From Craspedostauros australis (lineage: Eukaryota): a stretch of DNA of 51,664 nucleotides. Of this stretch, positions 24,159-36,105 are shown piece by piece (the first letter of the stretch is position 1; every line of letters begins with the position of its first letter). The stretch lies in the NCBI GenBank assembly GCA_030167865.1, contig JALAGF010000918.1, positions 1 to 51,664 of the forward strand. Reading direction: 5' to 3'. The notes beneath the pieces are model-generated. The model did not search any database. It was given only the letters and a program-made list of their open reading frames with translations, and was not told the origin of the DNA. The translations under genes were made by a program, and so were the position numbers.

Positions 24159-24981
24159 CTTGATTTTTACTGTGCGGTAACTTGCTGCTTTGTGTGTTGG
24201 CCTGTTTGCTCGCGTTGCCGTTTGGGTCGGTTGTTCTGTGTGTTCAGACAGGTCTCGTAGTCGTGCGGATAGTGCGGATACTCTCTCAGGGAGTATTGGG
24301 AGAGAGCCAGTCACTCGAGAGTCTCTTCTGATTGTGTTCGTGTCGTGGGGGGTGTGGGTGATTGCTCATGGATCTGGTGCAGTTTGTGCGCTTTTGCCGC
24401 ATCAACAACGCCAACGGGCGGATCGCCATGGTCGATTCGTGTTCTCGATGACCGTTGCCCTTCTCCAAACACAGAATCCATAGGCTAACACCTACACTTC
24501 TAGAATGCGCGATGATGCGAGAATGTGTCGGCCGCACAGTCGAGAAATACAATCTAATATAAATCACTGCAGTTGATGGGTTGCGCCCACAAACGAGATG
24601 ACCATGATGATGACAGATCAGCATAAACACACAATTCCACTGGGTCGTATTAGTATAGTATTGTGGACTGCCGTACTTCGCGTATACTGCATTGTCCCAC
24701 GTCACATGCCCCGTGATGACCAAATGATGATACAGATAGAAAGCATCGGGGTGCTTGCGCTGCTTGTTTCTCTTGCATGTGCACTCTGTTGCATGCCTGC
24801 CTCAATAACTTGTGTCGGATGACATTGGCAGGATATCCATGCAAGAAGGCGTACGACGACAAGTACCATCCATATGCATGCTCCTCCCTTCCATGCTTCT
24901 CATTTGCGCAACGTGCGCGATGGAATGCGACGGCCCATGCAAGGCGATACACTCATACTCGCACGGCGACGACGGCATGGT

Positions 24982-27900
24982 TTAGAAAAGGAAGGAGGTC
25001 TCCTTCTTCAGGTGCTCCACCTTCGTCGTGCCGCCCCATTTCTCGTACAAGGTCAAGGAGTCACGCAGATACGTCCTGGCCTGCTCCTTGTTGCCTCGGT
25101 GAAGGAAGTACTTGCCCGCCCTCTCGTTCACCAAGGCATGTTGCAGGATGTACCCGCCCTCCTTGGAAAGCGAGATCGCGGACGTGTACTTGGCATGAGC
25201 GCGTTTGTGGTCGCCCGTGGCAGCAGCAAGCTCGGCTTCCAAAAAGTAGAGCTTACCGAGGAAGTTCTCGGGCGAGTGCTTCGACCACGTCTTCAGGGAC
25301 TTGATGCACTTCTTCACCAGCGTCTGCCTTGACTTGCCCAGTCTGGGTTGCGCCAGCGCCGTGAGGCCGTCGTAAAAGGTGAGCAGGACACGGTCGGATG
25401 AACCGAAGGGGTTGGACTCGGAGGCTCGGCAGACGCTGGCGTGGACCTCTGCAGACTCGAAGTCTGCGAACATGTAGGCGAGGATGAGGCGGTAGAAGTG
25501 CAGCCAGATCAGCAGGGTCTTGTTGTTCTCCCTCGCATACTGCAGGCTGTACTCCTGCTCCATGATCTCTCCCGTCAGGACCTTGGGGTCGCCCGAGGCT
25601 CTGCCCGTGAGGTTGTGCACCATCTGCCAAAGGGGCTTGATCATCATCAGGACGGATTCATGCCCGTAGGCCTGCATTCTGGTGGAGAAACCGCTGACGA
25701 TGCGCTCCAGCTTGGTGAGCGTCGTGATGTCAAAGGACTCCCAGCAATAGAGATTAGCGTTGAGCATGGCAAAGTCGATGTCGCCGAGCTCGAGTGCGGA
25801 ACGGTGCGCCTTCTTCAAGGGATCGAACACCGTCCTCACCGGCTTCCTCCAAGGGCTGATGGAGCCGTAGAACCACGCCGAGATGCGTCCGTGCCACGAC
25901 TTGGTGCCGAACTTTTCGTACACCTTCAGCGCGATCTGCCCACAGCGATATCCCTCATCGACGTCGCCGCCCACTCCGCACAGCAGCATGCCAAGCGTCA
26001 CGAATCCAACGCAGGACACATCGCAGAGTCCGTGCTCCAGCGTCAGCTTCACCATGCGCAGCGAGATGAGAGGAGCGAGCTGCGGCTTCGCGATGTAGGC
26101 GTAGAGGAAGATGACGTTCATGACCTGCATGGCGGCGATCTTCTCGGTGTCGTCCATGAGACGCATGCGCAGCAGCGTGTCCGGGTCTGTGTTCTTTCCC
26201 CTCATCATCCATCTGGTGCGTTTCAACGTGTTCGCCAGCGTGTTGGAGGCAATCTTGGATGGGAACTTCTCACCGAGGGCCTCGAGTACGCTGAGGCCTT
26301 GCTCGATTGCCTTGACCATGTGGCCGCGGCTGCCGAGAGAGTAGATGTTGATGGAATGAGCGCGAAGGGTGTCGGGGAACCACCGGGTGTTGCTGAAGAT
26401 CTCGCCGACGAGCTGCTCAACATTGTCAAAGTTGGCAATGCAGTATTCGACTTCGGCGGCTGCGTTGTAGATCTCGAGGCTGAGCTCGTACTCTTGCTCC
26501 CAGCACTTCGCACCCAGCATGGAGACACCCAGGAGCAGGTACTCCGATGCTGTCTTGAAGTTCGACGAGCAGATGGCCAGCTCACCGGCCCGAAGGCACA
26601 GCGCTGCGACGTCGTTGCGCTCCTCCTGGAACTCGATGAGTTTTGCACCTTCCCGAATCTGCGCCAGAATGACGAAGATGTGCTCCTCTAGCTCCTCGAT
26701 GACGTCGAAGCTCTTCCACAGCTCCCTGCCGATGGTGAGATGGAAGGCCTCGCGTTCTTGGTACGGGATGAGCTTGTACGCCGCCTCCTGAATGATGTCG
26801 TGCTGGAATTGGTACATCTCGTTGCTCTCGTCGTAGACCAGGAACCCTCGCGATGCTGCCTTCTGCAGATGGGAGAAGACGGGTCGTGGAGAGATGCGGT
26901 TGAGCAGCTTCTCGTCGATCTTGGAACCGAGGCAGGCCGAGACCTCGAGGACTTCGCGCGTGGATTTGGGAAGGCGTGTCATGCGCACCGTCATGAGCTC
27001 TACGGGCCGTCGGAAGTCGATCTTCATCTGTATCCGCCGTTCATCCCACACCCACTCCATGCCGCGGTCGTCGAATGTCAGCAGCGTCTGTTCTTGGAGG
27101 TACCAAAGAAACTCGCGCATGTAGAAGACGTTGCCGGAGGTTTGTCTGTAGATGATTTCGGTGAGGGGGCGGATCTGTGCGGGATCGACCACCGAGAAGA
27201 TCTCCGCGATCATTTCGTCCACAGCACGTGCGGAGAGGTTGGTGATACGGATGTCCGTGACGGGGACGTCCGTGCCATTCTGGAGGAATGCCTTCGTCTT
27301 GTCCTCCGCTGACTTCTCCTCTCGGTACGTGCAGACGAAGAGGATGCCGCTGTTCTCTATGTCGGTGACGAGGGACTGTAACAAGTCCAATGACGCCTCG
27401 TCGGCGAATTGCAGATCGTCCAGAAGGAAGACGATGGGGTATTCGAGGGAGGAGATGGATCTCACGAACATGCGGAACACGAACTTGAAGCAGCTGATCT
27501 CGTCGGAGCTCTGGCGGAATTCCTTGGGCGTGTCACGCTTCTGCGGTCCGATGATCCTCTCCAAAGACGGGATCATGTCGGTGAGCATCTTCAGTTCCGT
27601 CTGCACCGCTGTGACGATGGCGCGTTGCACCTGCCTCACCGCATCCTTGCCGCGTGCCAGGATGCAGTCCACGAGGGCATCGAAGGCGGCGACGAAGGCG
27701 CTGTACATCTGCGAGCTCTGCATCTGATCGAATTTGCCAGCCACAAAATGACCGCGGTCCTCCATAACGAGCTGGCGCAGGGATGTGGCCAGCGCGGTCT
27801 TCCCGCACCCTGGGGGCCCTGAGATGAGCGCCAGCTGGATGGTCGGATTCGCTCCCTTCTCGCGCTCCCATAGCTGCCTGTACGCCTGGCGCAGGCGGGC

Positions 27901-28269
27901 CCGCTCCTTGGAGCGTCCGAAGAGCCTTCGGCTGTGATTGCCCAGCGAGGATATCGTCCAGTCCACCGACTTCTCCTCTTCGCTGGAGTGGTTGCCATTC
28001 TGTGATGAGAAGACGCTGGTTTCGGCCAGAACGCTGTTCGTACCATCTCCTTGAGTCTGTGGCTGAGTTTGACTTTGACTTTGACCGTGTGTTTGCATTT
28101 GTGTGTGGCTGTTGCCACTGATGTTGCCACTGCCGCTGCCGCTGTTCTGGCTTTGCTGGCTGCGCTGTCCACCAGAGAGGATGGATCTGTCAAGGATGCT
28201 GTTGAGGCCGATCGAGGACTGATCCTCGATCTCCTCCGTCGTGCTTTGGAACTTGACCTTCCGCCTCAT
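24982..28269 (-). CDS. STAND-like P-loop AAA ATPase (AAA_16 / COG3899-type) with C-terminal helical/TPR-like repeats
   Basis: Intronless ORF; first ATG 28269 (28383 is GTG). Walker A ISGPPGCGKT, GKFDQ, Walker B IVFLLDDLQFAD, TSGNVFY, YQFQHDIIQEAAY, and C-terminal ALVNERAG..YEKWGG, as in the ATPase module of bacterial hybrid Ser/Thr-His kinases. Confidence 0.85.
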   Translation of the reverse strand: MRRKVKFQSTTEEIEDQSSIGLNSILDRSILSGGQRSQQSQNSGSGSGNISGNSHTQMQTHGQSQSQTQPQTQGDGTNSVLAETSVFSSQNGNHSSEEEKSVDWTISSLGNHSRRLFGRSKERARLRQAYRQLWEREKGANPTIQLALISGPPGCGKTALATSLRQLVMEDRGHFVAGKFDQMQSSQMYSAFVAAFDALVDCILARGKDAVRQVQRAIVTAVQTELKMLTDMIPSLERIIGPQKRDTPKEFRQSSDEISCFKFVFRMFVRSISSLEYPIVFLLDDLQFADEASLDLLQSLVTDIENSGILFVCTYREEKSAEDKTKAFLQNGTDVPVTDIRITNLSARAVDEMIAEIFSVVDPAQIRPLTEIIYRQTSGNVFYMREFLWYLQEQTLLTFDDRGMEWVWDERRIQMKIDFRRPVELMTVRMTRLPKSTREVLEVSACLGSKIDEKLLNRISPRPVFSHLQKAASRGFLVYDESNEMYQFQHDIIQEAAYKLIPYQEREAFHLTIGRELWKSFDVIEELEEHIFVILAQIREGAKLIEFQEERNDVAALCLRAGELAICSSNFKTASEYLLLGVSMLGAKCWEQEYELSLEIYNAAAEVEYCIANFDNVEQLVGEIFSNTRWFPDTLRAHSINIYSLGSRGHMVKAIEQGLSVLEALGEKFPSKIASNTLANTLKRTRWMMRGKNTDPDTLLRMRLMDDTEKIAAMQVMNVIFLYAYIAKPQLAPLISLRMVKLTLEHGLCDVSCVGFVTLGMLLCGVGGDVDEGYRCGQIALKVYEKFGTKSWHGRISAWFYGSISPWRKPVRTVFDPLKKAHRSALELGDIDFAMLNANLYCWESFDITTLTKLERIVSGFSTRMQAYGHESVLMMIKPLWQMVHNLTGRASGDPKVLTGEIMEQEYSLQYARENNKTLLIWLHFYRLILAYMFADFESAEVHASVCRASESNPFGSSDRVLLTFYDGLTALAQPRLGKSRQTLVKKCIKSLKTWSKHSPENFLGKLYFLEAELAAATGDHKRAHAKYTSAISLSKEGGYILQHALVNERAGKYFLHRGNKEQARTYLRDSLTLYEKWGGTTKVEHLKKETSFLF

Positions 28270-30014
28270 CGTGGTGGTGTGCTGGCTTTGGCTTCCAGTG
28301 ATGATTGTTGGCTCTATGATTGTTGCTTGCTGCTTGCTGCTTGTATGTGGAGGTGGTGCGGGAGCTTTCTTGGATGCACTCACTGTCTCGGCCTCTGTCT
28401 TTGTCCGGTTAGGTCAACTGAAAGGTGTGATCAATTGGTGTTGGCGCAACGACAATTGCAAGTTCATGTGCATGTGCATGCGCATTTGCATGTGCATGTG
28501 TGTGATAGAGGATGAGTCCTGTTGGAGATGGTGGCAGTGACCAACAGAATCGAGAAAGGTTAATGCAAGCTGAGAAGAGCGCAGTTGAGCACGTGTGTCG
28601 ACACTATCAACAACACCTGCAGAAACTGTCTCTCTTCAGCGGCTTGCGCACTTTTCTTGGCGAATCGGGAGAGCGAGAGAGAGAGAGATGGACACACACG
28701 CAGAATAGCCAGTGATGGCACAGCGTTCGTCGGGTTAGCGTTTGCAGAATGCCCTGCTGACGCGCTTTCCAGAGTTCACCTGGTACAACAAGCACTGCTC
28801 TCAGTGATGGTGAGGATCAAATCGGAACGGCGATAAGCGCTGTTGGTGTTGTTGTTCATCTGCTTGTTCGGCATCAGCAATTCAGCCCAAAGGGTTTGTT
28901 CTTTCGCGTGTTGTTTGTTGGCGTTTTTGTTGCGCATGTCAAGTTGTGGTGGCCGTTGTTGTCGGGAGATGCGGTTTGGCGACTCCACAGAAGGCAGATG
29001 GATATGATTTATTCAACTCTGCATATTATGTATATATATCGCGAACGACATGAACATGTGTGTCACGCGCTGGAGCCAATCCTATTTGAGTCCTCTGAGT
29101 CGATCATCCTGGCCGTGCAGAAATCCATGTTTGGAATGTCAACTTGTGCGCTATCCACGATTGCAGTAGTATTGTTCTTTTGTGATCCAGCTCGTGACCT
29201 ACAGTGAAGATTCAATCCCGTACAAGTAGAATCCATCATCAATGCGTCAGATTCCATCCGACCACCACAGAGGACGCCGAAAGAACGAACGCGCATCCAC
29301 AAAACAGCCCCTGGATTCAACACCCTTCATGACACCACCACCACATTGCCACCACTGTCAGTTCCACGTACCAACATGCACATCGTGCAACGCGATGAAA
29401 AAAATGAAACGAAGCTCCGTGTTCGATGCAGACAAGCAGATACGGACGTTATTACCGGTTATTTGAGCGTTAGACTGGGCACTTGCAGCTGAATCGTACG
29501 CAGCAGAGTAGAGACCNCATGAGAGGTAAATGGCTCGTGCCTTGAGCTCATAATCCGTTGTTTACTTCCAATTCCATGCCTTTTCCCAGTAGGAGAGTTT
29601 GCAGAGAGAGAGGGCGTTGGCGGTACGGAAACATCACCGATCAAATTCCTCCCAAGCCATCACAATTCGAAACCACCACAGATTGAAGGCGCTTGTGCAG
29701 ATACCATCGGCGGCAACAACTGTGAACAAGCCTGAGCTTTGCATTGCCGTCAGTCGCATAGCATCATAAAATACATATAGTTCGAGTAGAGTACTCTACG
29801 TACCATACTATACCCCGCCATACTGATACTCTGCACACGAGTACACCAGAGGATTCTTGGGAACACAAACAGACTCCATCACAAGCACAGCAAGATGAAG
29901 GCACTTACATTGCATCCCATTGATGAGCAACAGCATGAGCAACAACCATGCCAACGCGGGCGAAGACGACAACACGGAACACATGGACGGCAAGAGCAAC
30001 GGCAGCGGAGAGCA

Positions 30015-33000
30015 ATGCAGAACAAGTCTTCGACGGTGATGTTCAGCGTGTTCATGTTGACGCTCGTGAGCGCGGCGTCTTCATTTGCGATGAATGAGGC
30101 AGATCATTCGATGCATAATTCGGCAACGCAGAAGGTTCGTCCATTCACCTCGTCGCTCTTCCAGGTGCCAGCGCCACCATCGCCGTCGCAACGATCTGCC
30201 ACCACCAATCTGCCATCCGCGGCAGCATCGGCCGCAGAACCGCCCAGGGCTCGCATGGGCAAGCTGCGCAGGTTCATTCGCAACTTCAATCCCTCCGGTG
30301 GCAAGAAAGATGGCCGATGGAAGGGCGGAGATGAAACCGCCACCGTGGCCTCCAAGCTCATGTTCACGTACATCAATCCGTTGCTCGATTTAGCGGCGGA
30401 GCGTACTTTGGATGTGGACGATGCGCTGCATCTGTCTCCGAATCTCAAGATGGATCGCACCGTCACAGATCTCACCACCAATTACAACATCCAGAAGGAA
30501 AGATCGAAGCAGAAGATTGAGGAAGCCAAGGCGCAGGGCGCGGAACAGACGAAGCGATCTCGGTCGATGGTTCTGCTCAAGGCGTTGGTGCAAACACAGT
30601 GGAAGGCGCTCCTGTTCACCGGCATCTTGCGACTGGTCAACACAGCCATACAGGCCTTCCCCGCACTCCTCATTGCCCGTCTCCTGCGCTTGATCGAGGC
30701 CGGTGAGGCCATATCGACCTCCAAAGCAGTCACGTCGGCCATCACCCTGGTGACCGTGCTTTGCATCAAGACGGTCGTCGAGACGCAGCTCTTCCACCAC
30801 GTCTTCAGGATGGCCGCAAGCACGCGCGGTGCCCTCGAGGGCATGATCTTCGACAAGAGCCTCAAGCTTCCCGGTGGAGGAGCCTCCTTGCTTTCGGTCA
30901 AGAAAAAGAAGAAAAGCAGCAACGACGACCGCAAGGCCTTGGGTTCGGGCGGCGTCCTCAACCTCATGCAATCCGACGCATCCATCATCGAATCCGCTGC
31001 CTTGCTCATTCACACCACATGGGATGGTCCGCTTCAGGTACGTCCGGCCAACCGTTTGCATACATTTCATCGACATGCACTGCACTCCATAGCATTGCAT
31101 TGCATTGCACTGTAATCATACTTGTACTCCACTCCTGACTCGCCACCATCCGTATTCTCATCCTATGATGTATCCATTACTGCTCTTCTCTTCCACCTCT
31201 TCTCGTCCTCCATTCATTCTTTGTTGGAATGACAGATCATCATGTACACGTCGTTGCTGTACAAGTACCTCGGGAACTCCGTGCTCTATGGATTCGCCGT
31301 GCTACTGACGGTCATCCCGCTCAACAGCGTCGCATTGCGCGTTCTTGACAGGTTGGCACGCGTGGAAAACGAGGCCAAGGACGGCCGCACGAGGCGGACG
31401 ACCGAATCCGTCAGCAACATGAAACTACTCAAGGTGCAGGCATGGGAGCACAAATTCGCCGAGGAGGTCGAGGCGCAGCGTGACACCGAACTCAGCCGTC
31501 ACAAGCTCAGGGGCATGGTGCGCGCGCTCAACTCGGCGATCAGCAACGCAGTCCCGGCTCTGGTCCTCGTTGTCACTCTCGGTGTGTATGCCAAGTCTGG
31601 AAACCCCATCGTTGCCAGCACCATCTTCACGGCCATATCACTCTTCGAGCAGCTGCGCTTTCCTCTCTTCTTTTACCCCATGCTCATCGATTCCTTGGCG
31701 AACGGCAAGAATGCCATGCGCCGAATTTCATCCTACTTGGCATCGGAGGAAGTCACGCCCTACGTCACCAACACCGCCGAAGGCGAAGCCGTGGACGGCG
31801 GAAGCATCGAGATGAAGAACGGAAACTTCCTCTGGAATAACAAGGCCGTCTCGCGTAATGGACAGTCGGAGCGAGTCGTCGCTCCTGCCTTGAGCAACGT
31901 CAACATGAAGGTGCATCCTGGTGAGGTGGTGGCCGTGGTGGGTCCCGTCGGCAGCGGCAAGTCCGCCTTGATCAAGGGATTGCTGGGTGAATTGGAACCA
32001 GCACCGCAACGAGTGGTGGACCCCGCCACGCCGACCGACGACAACGAGCCCCTCGACGAGTTCCATGACAAACCCTCCGTCATCCGCCATGGAAATGTAG
32101 CATACTGCTCGCAGCAGTCGTGGTTGCCGAAGGGCACCATCCGCGAGGCCATCCTGTTTGGCAGAGATTTTGACGAAAAACGGTACACCTCGGCTATCTA
32201 CGATGCTGGATTGGACAGGGATATTGTTGATGATTCCAAACCAACCACCTCCAACGGCGCTCTGCGCCACGACACTGAAGTCGGCGAAGGTGGAAGCAGT
32301 CTCAGTGGCGGACAGCGTGCGCGTGTGGCTCTGGCCAGAGCCTTGTATTCCGGGGAGGACACGAAGGTCTTCCTTCTCGACGACTGCTTGGCAGCGCTGG
32401 ATGCTAGCGTCGGATCCACGGTCTTTGAACGTGTGAAGGCACGTCTCAAGGCATCCAACTCGGCAGCGCTGATCGTAACCAACGACCCCTCTTTGCCAAG
32501 ACGGTGCGACCGAGTCATCCTTATGGGGCCGACTGAAACCTCAGCGACATCGTGCGCACAAATCATCGATCAAGGATCGTACGACGGCCTCCTCTCACGA
32601 GGACACAGGCTCCAGAGCTTCAAGTCGGCCGAGCTGGACGGAATGTTGTCCGATGACGATGAGGATGAGCATGAGAATGGAAACGATGTTGATAACACCC
32701 GCAGCAGCAAGCATGTAGCCGTCAATAATGTGGCATTCGCGCCGCCAACCTCCCTGTCGGCGGAGATCGGAAAAAACAGGACATACATCGACGATGATGA
32801 TGTCCTCGAAGACGACGCTCCGCCCATGGTCCGCGTCGCAGGAGGATACCGAGTTTGTGCCAATGCCACCGGATATGCGTGCCATGCGGACCCGGATTGC
32901 GAATTTGTCGACCTGCAGAACTGGCCGGATTACATGGCTGAAAATGTTGTCCCCGCATCTGGTGAGGCCACCAGTAACGACGGCAAGATCTTTGCATCGA

Positions 33001-35102
33001 GCGGTGCAAGAGCTGCCGCCAAACAAATCAATGGTCATGCAGGAGCCGTGGCAGGGTCATTAAATGACGATCAGTCCAAGGGTGTCCCTACATCTGCATC
33101 TGCAGCGAAGGAGCCCACGACCGGAAAGGTTCTTTCGCCTGATGATCAAATGTCAGCCCAGGCCGTGCCCTTTTCGACGTACACGTCCTATTTGAAGGCC
33201 ATCAAGAGCCCGCTCCTCATTCTGGTTACGCTATCAACGTTCGCTGCCACCAGCGGAGCGCAATTCTTCCAGCAGTACACGATCGCGAAATGGACAGAGC
33301 TCAGCCACGCCCAGTCCATGGCGTCGGCCATGGGAGGGGTGTATTTGAACCAGCTGGTGTATGCCGCCGGCGTCGTCTCGGTCACCCTCTGGCTCCGCAA
33401 CTTCCTCATGATGCTTGTGGGAATCCGTGCGTCGAGATTCTATCACAACAGGATGGTGAAGTCCGTCTTCAGAGCACCGATGTCATTCTTCGATGCGACG
33501 CCGTCAGGGCAGATCCTGTCCCGATTCGGCAAGGAATTGGAGACCATCGACCGCGCCCTGCCCGACAGCATCACGGCGATCCTGTTCTGCATATTGCGGA
33601 TCTCCAGTTCGTCCGTGGCGCTCGCAGGTGCCATCACACCAGTCATGATGCTCCCGCTCGCATTCGTGGGAATGCTGTACGCCAAGGTCATGGCTCGTTT
33701 CAGGTCGGCCGCACGCGACATGAAACGCAGCGAATCGAAGACGAGAGCACCAATCTTCACCAACTTCGGCGAGGCGCTGCGCGGCACGGAGACGATCCGC
33801 TCCATCCCAGGAGGCTCGGCGTACTGGACGCAGCGGCATCGGTCGTTGTCGGACAGAAACCTCGCGGTCTTCTCCACCTTGAAGGCGCTCGACCGATGGC
33901 TGTCGTGCAGTTTGGAGGAGCTCGGTAATTTCATGGTCCTAATCACGTCGATGGCATGCATCGTACTCACACGAGCAGGCAAGCTCAAGCCAGGCGCAGC
34001 AGGATGGGGACTGACTCAGGCTCTCGCCATCACCGGCCTGATGGCATGGACAGTCCGCAACGTGACGAACCTGGAGTCTTACATGATGAGCGTGATCAGG
34101 GTTAAAGAGCTGACGGACATCGATGCTGACGACGGCCGCGACGTTCCCCCCATCCCAAGGGAGCTCGCTGGCGCAGGCGAAGCCTTGGCCGCAGAATTCG
34201 ACGATGAAGATGTGAAGAAGAAGGTCATCGCAGCATCCACGCTCAACGACCAAGCGCTCGTCGCCGAGGGGTGGCCATGGAAGGGTGGCATCCATTTCAA
34301 CAACGTCTCCATGCGGTACAACGCGGCAGCGCCGTTGGTGTTGAAGAATGTCGACATCAGCATCCCAGCCGGATCCACTCTGGGCGTCGTCGGCAGGACA
34401 GGCAGTGGCAAGAGCAGTCTACTTTTGACGCTCTTCCGCATCGTCGAGATTGAGAATGGTGGAAGCATCTCCATCGATGGTGTTGACATCCGGTCTGTCT
34501 CCATGGAGACCCTCCGAGGCAAGCTTTCCATCATCCCGCAAGATCCCGTTCTATTTGCAGGAACCGTGGGTTACAACATGGATGCGACAGGGCGTGCCTC
34601 TGAGGATGACATGTGGGAATGCATCGAGGCAGCGTCGCCCGAGCTGGCGGCTCAGTTCCGAGCATCCGGAGGCCTCGATTACGGCATCAGCGAAGGCGGC
34701 AGCAACCTGAGTCTCGGGCAGAGACAGTTACTGTGCCTGGCCCGTGCATTGCTGCGCAAGAGCAAGATCCTCGTCCTTGACGAGGCGACCAGCAGCGTGG
34801 ATGCTGGCACCGATCAGCAAGTGCAGGACACAATCCGGAGCCAATTCGTGGAGAAGGGCGTGTCCGTGATGACGGTCGCACATCGTCTGGACACGGTCCT
34901 TGGCTACGACAAGATCGTGGTGCTCGGAGATGGAGTCGTGCTGGAGTACGGATCCCCATCGGATCTGTTGAAGATTCCAGATGGAGAACTGAGGCAGTTG
35001 GTTGAAGCAGATCAGGAGAACAAGAAGAAGGGTGGGGAGGCGTCGGATGCAGCAGCACAGGAGGAGGGAGGGGACATTTCTTCGGAACTCATCGCAGCGT
35101 AA
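30015..35102 (+). CDS. Full-size ABCC/MRP transporter, probably plastid-targeted, 2 exons
   Basis: Exons 30015-31037 and 31236-35102 (WDGPLQ|IIMYTS). NBD1 GPVGSGKS, LSGGQRAR, LLDD; FFDATPSGQILSRFGKE; NBD2 GRTGSGKSS, IIPQDPVLF, LSLGQRQL, LDEATSSVD, AHRL. Signal peptide ends ASS-FAM. An upstream in-frame ATG at 29895 makes the start uncertain. Confidence 0.92.
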
Positions 35103-35455
35103 GAGACAATGGACACGGCTCTTGATGTTGAACTTCAAACGAGAACGATGAGTATGCGATGAAAAAGTTCTAGAGAGAGTACCTGTATTCTGTCCTACCT
35201 CTCGAGCCTTTCAGTAGATGCATTCTACTCTATTTTTTAGCTCGTACATACCAGTCTTACATGCTCAGAGGCCGCGTAGAATACTTGGAGAGGCCTCTGA
35301 TTCGGAACCACGGAGTGATGCAATGGACCATGCGAGCGTAGAGCAGGGAAACCGCGGCGTGTTGCGAATACGACTGTTATGGAGTACATAATCAATGGTA
35401 TGCACTTGCATGCAGTGCTCCACGAGAACGCTTTTTGATGCCGTCCATGATGAAC

Positions 35456-36073
35456 CTAATGCGTCTGGTAGACAGGATCCCACACCCAGAGGTTGATGAG
35501 CCATTTCTCTCCCTTGAGGACTGGAAGAGCAGCGTGTTGGGAGAAGTCATCCATGTTGCCGTCTGGCAATTGAGAGTAGACTGACGTGGTGGTTGCAAGG
35601 GTGGAAGAGGGATGTCGTTGGCGTTGGAGTTTTGCAGAAAAATAGAGAAGAGGAGAGCATTGGCGTGAGGCACATTCAAAAGGAGAACGGAGAAATGGGT
35701 AACAGACGCGAGAGAAATGAATCGTTGAGTTTGCTGGTTTGTTGGTACGGATGATGTTCCAAGCTTCACACGCATCCCCATGCCCATCTTCGTACTCATT
35801 CGCATCCTCGTCGTCATCGCCTCATCGTATCTCAAATGGTGTCGATGACACGGACAGGTCGTGGAGTGAGATCTTTCGGTGCACACACGTCAGTGTCGAA
35901 ACTTACACAGGACGGCCTTTCCAGCTTGGGGTTTCACCTTGAGCTCGTGGAAAGTCTCGGCATTGACCCAGCGGGGGAACGAAGTTTCACCGCCCATTGG
36001 GACATCGTTCAGGTACAGCAGGAGGGTGGCAAAGCGTGCCCCGTTAGCCTTATCTTCGATCCTCGAATATCTT

Positions 36074-36105
<32 letters not shown>

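Noticed and set aside
29517..29517. Single N base
   Set aside because: Assembly ambiguity in intergenic DNA; not a biological feature.
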